This document shows positions 17,983 to 26,219 of a DNA stretch of 26,220 bases, one piece after another. The position numbers were made by a program, and so were the translations under genes. The notes beneath the pieces were generated by a model. That model did no database searches, had not been told where the DNA came from, and saw nothing but the letters and a program-made list of their open reading frames with translations. Location of the stretch: assembly GCA_036012755.1 (NCBI GenBank), contig DASCPX010000154.1, positions 1 to 26,220 of the forward strand, written 5' to 3'. Source of the DNA: Myxococcota bacterium. Lineage in GTDB: Bacteria > Myxococcota_A > UBA796 > CAJQPC01. Each line of letters begins with the position of its first letter. Position 1 is the first letter of the stretch.

Positions 17983-19134
17983 ATGCTGTTTCTCCTCGCC
18001 ACTGCCTGCCTGCGCCCCACCGACGACTACACCGTGCAGCTCGTCGGACGCGGCGCCGAGCTCGACAACGTCCTGCCCGCTCCGGAGCCCTTCGGGGGCG
18101 CCATCGAGTACGGGCGCTTCAGGATCTGGGGCCACAACATCGGCCTCGGCATCACTGGGCTCTACGGCGACTCACCTCGGGTCGACGGCACGAGCTTCAC
18201 CCTCGGCTCGGCCAGCTTCGGCTACCCGCCGGACGAGAGCTACGACCGCACCTCGGCCATCCTGATGCCCGGACCCCCAAGCCCCGGCTCCTGCGTCACG
18301 CGCATCGGGGCTCCCGGCTGGGCCGGCGCGGCGGAGTACGTGGACGTCGGCGACCACGTCGCTTTTTCGCGGGGCGACGGCTCGCGCATCGTGCTGGAGC
18401 GCTCTCCGAGCATCCACCCGAGGCCCTCTGGCGAGAGCTGGTACGCGAGCTACGGCGAGAACCTGCGACCGGTCGTCATCGACCACGAGCTGCTGCCGGA
18501 CACCTGGCTCTCCGGCGAGTCGGTCGAGCTGACGTTCCCGGGGACCATCGCCCCCCCCGAGTCCACCCTCGGCTCGATCCCTTACCCGCTGCAAGACGCC
18601 GACGTGATGTTCCCGACGGCGCTCGACGGTCTCCAGATCGACGGAGAGGACGTCCGGCCACCCGAGCACGACTGGTACTACGCCGTCGACGACCCGGTCC
18701 GCTTCGCCGGCCCCTGGTCGGCGCCCTCGACCCTCACGTGGGAACCGGCGGGTGAGCCTCTGACGGTGCAGCTGCGGCTGCTTGGCTGGGGTGTCGAAGA
18801 GGACTGCCTTTGCAGTGCCGACTGCGAGGCCGGCTTCACCTGCGAGGACGGTGGCTGCGTGGGCGATGACGGCTCCCAGTGGAACGTGCTCGGCAGCGTG
18901 ACCTGCACCGTCGAGGACACCGGCGAGTGGACGATGACGCCGGAGATGCTGCAGTCCCTGAAGGACAACACCCGCCCATTCGAGGTCGCCGGGGCCGTGC
19001 TGGTCGTCGCGCGCTCGAGCGAGGGCAGCGTCGATGTCCCCGACGTGCTGTCCTGGAACGGCGGCCGCGTGCCCATCTCTCCGGTGAGGACCCGCCTCGT
19101 AGATCTCGTGGCGACCCGCGTGGAGGTGGAGTGA
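17983..19134 (+). CDS. Lipoprotein of unknown function with a Cys-rich insert
   Basis: ATG directly follows the upstream TAG. Lipobox MLFLLATA-C. Cys-rich CLCSADCEAGFTCEDGGC (18805-18858). C-terminal domain related to the next gene. Confidence 0.75.
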   Translation: MLFLLATACLRPTDDYTVQLVGRGAELDNVLPAPEPFGGAIEYGRFRIWGHNIGLGITGLYGDSPRVDGTSFTLGSASFGYPPDESYDRTSAILMPGPPSPGSCVTRIGAPGWAGAAEYVDVGDHVAFSRGDGSRIVLERSPSIHPRPSGESWYASYGENLRPVVIDHELLPDTWLSGESVELTFPGTIAPPESTLGSIPYPLQDADVMFPTALDGLQIDGEDVRPPEHDWYYAVDDPVRFAGPWSAPSTLTWEPAGEPLTVQLRLLGWGVEEDCLCSADCEAGFTCEDGGCVGDDGSQWNVLGSVTCTVEDTGEWTMTPEMLQSLKDNTRPFEVAGAVLVVARSSEGSVDVPDVLSWNGGRVPISPVRTRLVDLVATRVEVE

Positions 19135-20693
19135 TGTTGCTGTTGCTCGCCTGCGGGACCTCCCCCTACGAGGACTACTGGACCGGCGCCGGTCCGACAC
19201 TGTCGGCGGTCTCTCCGCAAGCGATCGAGGGCCTCGTCGGCGGTCAGGAGGTCGTGCTCTCGGGGACCGGTCTGTCCACCGCGCGCACCGTGGTCATCGG
19301 CCAGCGCAACGCGGAGATCCTCAGCGCGACAGAGGGGGACGTCACGGTCGTGGTGCCCCAGCAGGTCGGACCGGGGGCCAAGGACGTCGTCGTGGTCACC
19401 GACGAGGGCTACGCCCGCGCGAGTGACAGCCTGGTCGTCGAGGGGCCCGCGCTGGCAGCCCAGGAGAACGAGGCGGTCAGCTTGTCGCTCTACCGCATCG
19501 ACTGCCCGATCGACGTCGGGTACTACATGGGCTTCCTCGACTCGGCGGACTCGGCCTTCGGCTACCCCTACGGCTCGGACCTCTACTGGTGCGGGCTCGA
19601 GGCTGGCTACGTCGACGCCTACGGTCAGATCAGCCTGGGCGCCAACGTCGGCTTCGCCGGGGAGCTGGCCTATGTCGGGTCCTTGTGGTCCCTGCCGGCG
19701 GCAGGCGAGACCCACTTCCGGGGGCCCTCGGACCGCCCGGTGCCGACCATCCCCTTCGTCTACGGTCCGGTCGCTCCGGACGAGACCATCGCGGTGACCA
19801 CCCCGCGGGACTGGCAGCGCGACCTCGACGTGCAGGCCGCGATGGCTGCCGACATCGAGGAGAACTACTACTGGTACGACGAGTCCCACTCCGAGCACGG
19901 CGGGCCAGAGGCCTGGTTCTTCGGCGACGACGAGTGCTACATCGACGCCGTCGACGTCAGCTCGGGCAGCGGAGACACCTTGACCCTGGCGAGCGCCGGC
20001 CCCGCCGGGGCCACCGGCATGTGGCTGGGCTTCGTCGAGTCAGAGGGCGACGGGGCCTACACAGAGGAGCTCGTCACAGCCAGCGCCCGAATCTCCGTGA
20101 ACGGGACGAGCGTGATCGGCGAGCCCAGCGGCGCGGTCATGGTCTACGACGACTGGTCCGGCTTCCTCCTCGCCGACGCCCCCGGGTACTACATGGGCAG
20201 GAGCGATCTGCCGCCAGGGGTCGACTACACGGTCACCCGCTCGCGGCTCGGACTGTCCGAGGAGCTGGGCGAGGTGCCCGGCATCGACGAGCTCGTCGTC
20301 ACCTTCCCGCCGAACTTGATGAGCGGCGCCCTCGACATCCCGCTGGACTCCGAGTTCCGGGTGGACTGGGAAGCCGGCAGCGGCGACGCCATCGTCATCG
20401 AGTTCATCGTCTACGACACCGGCATCGACGACCCGAACTACATGACCGAGGTGGCCCGGCTCACGGCTCACGCCGTCGACGCCGACGGGAGCTTCGTCTT
20501 CTCTCCCGAGGTGCTCGGCCAGCTGCCCGAGGCCCGCCAGGAGGTCACAGAGGACTACGACCTCACGGGCTACTGGGGAGAGCTCACGGTGACGCGCCAC
20601 CAGCTGACCGCTGTCTCGAGCAGCGACGGCGACATCGTCATCGACATGGTGCACGCCGTCAACGCGCCGGTCGGCCTCATTTCGAGCTTCTGA
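19134..20693 (+). CDS. Lipoprotein with N-terminal IPT/TIG domain
   Basis: GGAGG RBS and TGATG overlap place the start at 19134, not 18879. Lipobox MLLLLA-C. IPT/TIG pattern PTLSAVSP...GGQEVVLSGTGL...VVIG...VTVVVP...DVVVVT. Confidence 0.78.
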   Translation: MLLLLACGTSPYEDYWTGAGPTLSAVSPQAIEGLVGGQEVVLSGTGLSTARTVVIGQRNAEILSATEGDVTVVVPQQVGPGAKDVVVVTDEGYARASDSLVVEGPALAAQENEAVSLSLYRIDCPIDVGYYMGFLDSADSAFGYPYGSDLYWCGLEAGYVDAYGQISLGANVGFAGELAYVGSLWSLPAAGETHFRGPSDRPVPTIPFVYGPVAPDETIAVTTPRDWQRDLDVQAAMAADIEENYYWYDESHSEHGGPEAWFFGDDECYIDAVDVSSGSGDTLTLASAGPAGATGMWLGFVESEGDGAYTEELVTASARISVNGTSVIGEPSGAVMVYDDWSGFLLADAPGYYMGRSDLPPGVDYTVTRSRLGLSEELGEVPGIDELVVTFPPNLMSGALDIPLDSEFRVDWEAGSGDAIVIEFIVYDTGIDDPNYMTEVARLTAHAVDADGSFVFSPEVLGQLPEARQEVTEDYDLTGYWGELTVTRHQLTAVSSSDGDIVIDMVHAVNAPVGLISSF

Positions 20694-20711
20694 ACGAGTT
20701 AGGCAGGCGCG

Positions 20712-21761
20712 ATGCGCGCCTGGCTGCTGTCGCTGAGCCTCCTCGCCCCCGCCGTTGGCGAGGAGCCGAAGGGTGTGAGCGGACAGCTCGCGGAGATGGG
20801 TCCGAGCGTGATGCAGGCCATCGGGGTCATGCAGATGGGGAACTACAAGCAGGCCCTGAGCCAGTTCGAGGCCATCTTGGAGGAGCACCCCGACAACCGC
20901 CGCCTCCACCTGCTCATCGGCCAGACCTACTTCGCGATGAACGACTGCGTCGCTGGCGAGCAGTGGGTGCTCCAGCACCGCAAGCGACCCGCCTTTCGCA
21001 TCCGCACCGCCGCCCTCATCGCCGCCTGCCACGCCCGCCACGGCGAGTACGCCGAGGCCGTGTACTGGCAGGAGGAGGCGGCGCTGTTGGATCCAGGCAC
21101 CGCCAGCGTCTGGTCGCTGCTCGGCATCTACCGCTACCGCCAGGGTGACTACTGGGGCGCCGACGAGGCCTTGCGCGAGGCGGCCATGGTCGATCCCGGC
21201 GACATGCGGCTGGCCTATGCCTACGCGACCATCGCGCTGTCCGACGGTGACCACTCGAACATCGACGAGCTCATCGGGGCCCTGCGCGCGGCGCCCTACG
21301 GCGCTCTGCACAGCTACGTGCTGGAGGCGCGGTTGGAGCTGGACCTCGGCAACCCGGTACGGGCTGCGGAGCTCGCCGACGAGGCGACCAGGCGTGACCT
21401 CGGCGGGGCCAGCGGCCTCACGATGAAGGCCGAGGCGCTCCGGCGCCAGGGGGCGGGGGAGGACGCGGATCAGCTGCTCGCGCGCCGCACGAAGTGGTTC
21501 AAGCAGCGCCCGGCGATGTGGGCGGTCCAGGCCCGCGTCTGGGTCGACATCGGCAAGCGCCGCGAGGCCGCCGATCTGCTGACGTCGGCCCTGGACGTGA
21601 ACCCTCTCGACCCCGAGCTCGTGGCCTCGGCCTGGTACCTGTCCAGGGCGGAGGGCGACAGCGAGGCGATGGCCGCGTGGGCTGTCGACTACGACACCTT
21701 CCAGGCGTGCCCCTACCGTCCGCTCTCTGCGCTGGTCCCGCTCACGGAGAGCCTGGACTGA
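20712..21761 (+). CDS. Exported tetratricopeptide-repeat protein (copy 1)
   Basis: Signal peptide MRAWLLSLSLLAPAVG. Repeated TPR helices (GNYKQALSQFEAILEEHPDN, GEYAEAVYWQEEAALLDP, GDYWGADEALREAAMVDP, ALDVNPLDP). Confidence 0.85.
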   Translation: MRAWLLSLSLLAPAVGEEPKGVSGQLAEMGPSVMQAIGVMQMGNYKQALSQFEAILEEHPDNRRLHLLIGQTYFAMNDCVAGEQWVLQHRKRPAFRIRTAALIAACHARHGEYAEAVYWQEEAALLDPGTASVWSLLGIYRYRQGDYWGADEALREAAMVDPGDMRLAYAYATIALSDGDHSNIDELIGALRAAPYGALHSYVLEARLELDLGNPVRAAELADEATRRDLGGASGLTMKAEALRRQGAGEDADQLLARRTKWFKQRPAMWAVQARVWVDIGKRREAADLLTSALDVNPLDPELVASAWYLSRAEGDSEAMAAWAVDYDTFQACPYRPLSALVPLTESLD

Positions 21762-21769
21762 CGCGGGGC

Positions 21770-22288
21770 TCAGTAGTAGTACGTGGTGCCGCTGTAGACG
21801 GTCCACTGCAACAGGGTGCCGTCCCAGGTCGCGTAGCCGACGGGGTACCACGGCTCGCCCTCGCCCAGCTGCCAGAGCACGACGTCGGTGTAGGTGGCGG
21901 CGGAGTCGGGGGCGGTGGCGTCGTGCGCAAAGCCCACGCCGATTCCCGAGCTGCCGTAGATGTCCTCGCCCGTCATGCCGTCGATGAGACCGAAGCTCTC
22001 GGCGCACTCGCCGTGGGAAGCGGAGCCCTCTCCGTAGTCGGCCCACCACGCGAACTCGCAGTCCGGGCAGTCGGCCAGCGCTCGTGAGCCCGTGGTCGTC
22101 ACGTCGTAGACGCAGAGGTAGTCGGCATCCATGAAGTAGTAGAACCAGGTGCTGAGGACGCCGTCGATGCTCTCTGTCGAGGCCCCCGACCAGCCATAGG
22201 TGAGCAGTCCGGTGTCTCCACTGGGGCCCATCGGGGCGCTGTCGCCGTCGGCGCCGCTGCACGACAGCAAGGCGAGCAGCTGGCTCAA
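21770..22288 (-). CDS. Small Cys-containing lipoprotein ending in YYY (family member 1)
   Basis: Probable TTG start giving MSQLLALLS-C (start uncertain). Strong GC3 codon bias. Aligns with the 25743-26220 ORF (DTGLL.[YF]GW.G, YLC..D, DCxxCx[FW]AW, C..FG..DG..G.D.[YF]G, W[YF]P, T[WY]DG..L, YYY-stop). Confidence 0.75.
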   Translation of the reverse strand: MSQLLALLSCSGADGDSAPMGPSGDTGLLTYGWSGASTESIDGVLSTWFYYFMDADYLCVYDVTTTGSRALADCPDCEFAWWADYGEGSASHGECAESFGLIDGMTGEDIYGSSGIGVGFAHDATAPDSAATYTDVVLWQLGEGEPWYPVGYATWDGTLLQWTVYSGTTYYY

Positions 22289-22379
22289 TGGCGGAGTCCG
22301 TAGTCGCCGTACATCGTCAACGTCGGTTGCGGTCGGCGCAGTATAGGCTGGCGACCCCGGTTGGGTTAGACGGGGGCGC

Positions 22380-23471
22380 ATGCCTGCCTGGGTCCTGGTC
22401 CTGAGCTTGTTCTCGCCTGCGGCGGGCGACGGGCCGGTGCCGGCCGAGGATGAGGTCGGGTACGCGGGGAGGCAGGTGGACCAGGCTGGCGCGCAGCTGC
22501 TCGCTCTCGGCGCTGGCGGTCGTCGTGGTGTCTTGCGCATGCAGAACGGCGACTTCGTCGGAGCCCTCGAGATCTTCGAGTCCGTCCTGGATGGAGAGCC
22601 CGACAACCGCCGGCTGCACATGCTCATCGGGGAGACGCTCCTGTCGATGAACGAGTGCGACGAGGGGCGGGACCGGGTCCTCTCCCACCGAACCCGGCCT
22701 GCGTTCCGGCTCCAGCTCCCCAGGATGCTGGCTGCCTGCTACGCCCGCCACGGCGACTACTCGGAGGCGGTCTACTGGCAGGAGGAGGCGGCGCTGGTCG
22801 ACTCGCGGTCGGCCCTTGTCTGGGCGCTCCTCGGCCTATACCGCTACCGGCAAGGTGACTACTGGGGTGCTGACGAGGCCCTGCGCGAGGCCGCGTCCAT
22901 CGACCCGAACGAGATGAGGCTCTCGTACGCCTACGCCAGCATGGCGCTGACCGAGGGGGACCACTCCGAGATCGACATACTGATCACGCGGCTGAGGAAC
23001 TCGGAGCTCGGCTACGCTCCGAGCTGGGTGTTGGAGGCGCGCCTCGAGCTCGATCTCGGGAACCCCGTTCTGGCTGACCGCGCTGCTCAACAGGCAGTCC
23101 GAAAGAACTGGAGAGCCGCCACCGGCCTGGAGTTGCGGGCGGAGGCGCTTCGTCGCCATGGGGACGGAGACGGCGCCGAGCTCCTGCTCGAGCGCGGGCG
23201 GGACCTGTACAGCCAGCGCCCCACCTTGTGGGCCGTCCAGGCTCGCGTCTGGGTGGACGCAAGGAACCTCGCGGAGGCGGAAGAGCTGCTCGAGCATGCC
23301 TTGGAGCAGAGCCCCTACGATCCAGAGCTCATGGCCTCTGCCTGGTACCTCGCCCGCGCTCGGGGTGATGCCGATGAAATGGAACTGTGGGCTCAGCGGT
23401 ACGAGGCAGCCCAGGTCAACCACCTGCGCACGCTCTCGGCGCTGGTCCCTCTCACGGAGAGTCAGAAATGA
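22380..23471 (+). CDS. Exported TPR protein (copy 2, paralog of 20712-21761)
   Basis: Shares PDNRRLH, AAC.ARHG.Y.EAVYWQEEAAL, YRYRQGDYWGADEALREAA, LEARLELDLGNPV, WAVQARVWVD and LSALVPLTES with copy 1. Confidence 0.87.
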   Translation: MPAWVLVLSLFSPAAGDGPVPAEDEVGYAGRQVDQAGAQLLALGAGGRRGVLRMQNGDFVGALEIFESVLDGEPDNRRLHMLIGETLLSMNECDEGRDRVLSHRTRPAFRLQLPRMLAACYARHGDYSEAVYWQEEAALVDSRSALVWALLGLYRYRQGDYWGADEALREAASIDPNEMRLSYAYASMALTEGDHSEIDILITRLRNSELGYAPSWVLEARLELDLGNPVLADRAAQQAVRKNWRAATGLELRAEALRRHGDGDGAELLLERGRDLYSQRPTLWAVQARVWVDARNLAEAEELLEHALEQSPYDPELMASAWYLARARGDADEMELWAQRYEAAQVNHLRTLSALVPLTESQK

Positions 23472-25726
23472 TCACCCTCATGTTGATGTCCTGCTTCGGG
23501 GAGGAGCCCGCCGAGACGACGGAGCCCGAGGCCGCGGTCGAGCTGCCCGAGATCAACCTCGTCGTCGTCACCCTCGACACCACCCGCGCGGACCGCATCG
23601 GGGCCTACGGCCATGAAGCAGCCCGGACCGAGACCATCGATGGCTTCGCCGCCCGCGGGCAGCGCTTCGACCACGCCGTGTCTCCCGTCCCCCTGACGAT
23701 CCCCGCCCACGGCACGCTGTTCACGGGCATGGACCCCTACCATCACGGCATCCGCAACAACGGCAGCGCCACCCTGCCAGCGACCAGCCTGACCCTGGCC
23801 GAGATCCTCAAGGACAGCGGCTACGCGACCGCCGCGAGCGTCGCGGCCTACGTGACGACCGATCTCTGGGGCTTCGACCAGGGCTTCGATGCCTACTACG
23901 ACGACATCGAGGAGTCGCTGCTGGCCCGGCACAACCTGTGGAAGCTCGAGCGTCCAGCCGACCAGGTCCTCGACGACGCCATCGGATGGCTGCAGAGCGA
24001 TGAGCGGCCCAAGGACAGGCCCTTCTTCCTGTGGGTCCACCTCTACGATCCGCACGAGCCCCTGCGTCCACCGGAGGGCTACCAGGACGGGGACGCCTAC
24101 GACGGCGAGATCGCCTTCGCCGACGACCAGCTCGCCCGGCTCGAGGCCACCATCGGCGAACTGGGAGCTGGAGATCAGACCTTGTGGGTGATCGTCGGTG
24201 ATCACGGGGAGGGGTTTGGTGACCACGACGAGATGGGGCACGGGCTGTTCCTCTACAACAGCACCCAGCGCGTCCCGCTGATCATCGCTGGACCGGGCAT
24301 CGAGCCCTCCGTCATCTCCGAGCCTGCGGGACTCGTGGACGTCATGCCCACGGTGCTGACGGCGCTCGGACTGCCCGTGCCCGCGGGCCTCGATGGGCAG
24401 CCCCAGCCAGGGGGTAGCCACCCCCTGTACCTGGAGAGCTACCAGCTCCAGGAGCGCTATGGATACGCCCCGCACCTCGCCCTCGTCGACGGTGATCGCA
24501 AGCTGATCGACACGCCCAGACCAGAGCTCTACGCCGTCGATGACCTCGCGGAGAGCCAGGACCTGGCTGCGGAGGAACCGGAGCGCGTCGCGGCGATGCA
24601 GGCGCTGCTCCAGGGCCTGGGCGCCACTCCTCCTCATGGACGAACCACCATCGACGCGGAGACCCTGGCTCGCCTCGCGGCCCTTGGCTACGTCAGCAGC
24701 GGCGAGGACATGCGGACCGACGAGGTCCTCCCGGACCCGAAGGACAAGCTCCATGTCCTTCGAGCCATCCAGGAGGGCCGGACGCTGGCCGAGGCGGGGG
24801 ACTACGAGGCCGCGATCGCGGTCCTCGAAGGGGTCGCGAAGGCCGAGCCGGACCTGGTGATCGTCCGGGAGCGACTGGCTCGGATCTGCGCTCGGAGTGG
24901 AGATCAGGTGGCTTCGCTTCGCTGGGTCGAAGAGGCTCTCTCGATCGAGCCGGACAGCGCTCGTGTCCTTGGGCAGGCCGTCCTCGCTCACTCAAAGGCC
25001 GGCGACCACCAGCGCGCCCTGGAGCTCGCAGAGCATGGTCTGGAGGTCGATCCGGGTTCGTCTGTCATGGCCGAGCTCAAGCTGGCCCAGATGGAACGGC
25101 TCTCTCGGGCCGGGGACGCCGTCGTCTTCGGCGAGGGCTTCCTCGCCCGCAACCCAGGAGCCACGAACGTCGCGGGCATGTTGGGGGTCTTCTATGGCCG
25201 CATGGAGGACATGGAGAAGGCCGAGCCGCTGCTTCGCCTCAGCGTGGCCTCAGCCAACCCGCCGCGCTGGGTGAACTACACCATGGCCAAGCTCGCCTCC
25301 GGGGCGGGCGCCCAGGACGAGGCGATCGGCTACCTTCGCGCAGAGCTGCACGAGTACCCGGACAACCGGAAGGCCCGGCTCCTGCTCGTCCGCCTGCTCT
25401 CCGGCGAGGGGCGCTACACCGAGGCGCTGCCGGTGGTCGACGTGATGTTGAAGGTCCGAGAAGACGACATGCAGCTCATCCTCACGAAGGCCCAGCTTCA
25501 CTTCAACATGAAGCAGTACGACGAGACCGAGGCTGCCCTGTCGCTGGCTGCGGCGATCGACCCGGAGGAGCCCGAGCTCCTGCTGCTCAAGGCGAACCTC
25601 TTGGACAAGCAGGGGAAGAAGACCGAGTCGAAAGAGGCCTTCGAGGCCGCGAAGGCCGCGAAGGCCAAGCGCATGGAGGCCGCCAAACCGGCTGACAAGG
25701 GCGGCGCAGGGGCCGCCAAGCCCTGA
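23468..25726 (+). CDS. Sulfatase-like (alkaline-phosphatase superfamily) hydrolase lipoprotein with C-terminal TPR repeats
   Basis: ATGA overlap with the TPR2 stop. Lipobox-like MITLMLMS-C. Motifs VVVTLDTTRAD, PLTIPAHGTLFTG, WVHLYDPHEP, YDGEIAFAD, GDHGEGFGDH, RVPLII, LVDVMPT and RLAALGYV, followed by TPR helices. Confidence 0.88.
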   Translation: MITLMLMSCFGEEPAETTEPEAAVELPEINLVVVTLDTTRADRIGAYGHEAARTETIDGFAARGQRFDHAVSPVPLTIPAHGTLFTGMDPYHHGIRNNGSATLPATSLTLAEILKDSGYATAASVAAYVTTDLWGFDQGFDAYYDDIEESLLARHNLWKLERPADQVLDDAIGWLQSDERPKDRPFFLWVHLYDPHEPLRPPEGYQDGDAYDGEIAFADDQLARLEATIGELGAGDQTLWVIVGDHGEGFGDHDEMGHGLFLYNSTQRVPLIIAGPGIEPSVISEPAGLVDVMPTVLTALGLPVPAGLDGQPQPGGSHPLYLESYQLQERYGYAPHLALVDGDRKLIDTPRPELYAVDDLAESQDLAAEEPERVAAMQALLQGLGATPPHGRTTIDAETLARLAALGYVSSGEDMRTDEVLPDPKDKLHVLRAIQEGRTLAEAGDYEAAIAVLEGVAKAEPDLVIVRERLARICARSGDQVASLRWVEEALSIEPDSARVLGQAVLAHSKAGDHQRALELAEHGLEVDPGSSVMAELKLAQMERLSRAGDAVVFGEGFLARNPGATNVAGMLGVFYGRMEDMEKAEPLLRLSVASANPPRWVNYTMAKLASGAGAQDEAIGYLRAELHEYPDNRKARLLLVRLLSGEGRYTEALPVVDVMLKVREDDMQLILTKAQLHFNMKQYDETEAALSLAAAIDPEEPELLLLKANLLDKQGKKTESKEAFEAAKAAKAKRMEAAKPADKGGAGAAKP

Positions 25727-25742
25727 GAGCCTGGCGGTCCGC

Positions 25743-26219
25743 TCAGTAGTAGTACGGGCTGTACTGACTCTGGCGCTCGAACTCGAGGGTCGCGCCGTCG
25801 TAGGTGACCTGGTTGTAGATGGCGAAGGGGAACCACTCGCCGTCGAGACCGAGGAAGATCGTCTCGAGCTCGCCGTAGGACTCGTAGCCCTCGAGGATGT
25901 ACGCGGAGTTGAAGCCCATGGCCCACTCGTTGTAGTTGACGCCGAAGACGTCCTTGCCGCTCTCACCGTCGGTGAAGCCGAAGGCCGTGCAGTCGCCCTC
26001 GGTCGTCGTGCCCGTGCCCCACTTCGTGTCCCAGGCCCAGGTGCAGTGGGTGCAGTCGCTCAGGGGCTCGGTGCCCGTCTGGCCAGCGTCCCAGCCGCAC
26101 AGGTACTCACCGGTCAGGCCGTAGTAGTACCAGTAGCCGAAGGTGCCATCGAGCTCGGAGCCGCCGTTGACGGTCCAGGAGCCGCGCCAACCGAAGTACA
26201 GCAGACCGGTGTCGGTGTC
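25743..26219 (-). CDS. YYY-terminal Cys-containing protein (family member 2), 5'-truncated by the window edge; absent from the ORF track
   Basis: Hand translation: DTDTGLLYFGWRGSWTVNGGSELDGTFGYWYYYGLTGEYLCGWDAGQTGTEPLSDCTHCTWAWDTKWGTGTTTEGDCTAFGFTDGESGKDVFGVNYNEWAMGFNSAYILEGYESYGELETIFLGLDGEWFPFAIYNQVTYDGATLEFERQSQYSPYYY-stop. Collinear with 21770-22288. Confidence 0.85.
   Translation of the reverse strand, partial: DTDTGLLYFGWRGSWTVNGGSELDGTFGYWYYYGLTGEYLCGWDAGQTGTEPLSDCTHCTWAWDTKWGTGTTTEGDCTAFGFTDGESGKDVFGVNYNEWAMGFNSAYILEGYESYGELETIFLGLDGEWFPFAIYNQVTYDGATLEFERQSQYSPYYY

Noticed and set aside
17977..17985. TAG read-through fusing the Omp85 barrel to the next in-frame lipoprotein
   Set aside because: The barrel ends in a proper terminal aromatic residue (GTGW) and the next gene has its own lipobox, so translational coupling explains the junction.
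14989..18135. 1048-aa antisense ORF (also 5386-7878, 2776-4050, 1294-2583, 20040-22262 and 23462-24991 on the minus strand)
   Set aside because: Shadow ORFs opposite well-supported genes; expected in high-GC DNA with strong codon bias, and they carry no recognisable motifs.
18879..19133. ORF-track N-terminal extensions (18879; likewise 23387 and 22627)
   Set aside because: They overlap neighbouring genes and are low-information; signal peptides and stop/start overlaps indicate starts at 19134, 23468 and ~22288.
22056..22070. CxxC in the YYY proteins as a heme-c or thioredoxin site
   Set aside because: No His follows (CPDCE, CTHCT) and there is no thioredoxin-fold context; disulfide or metal binding is more plausible.
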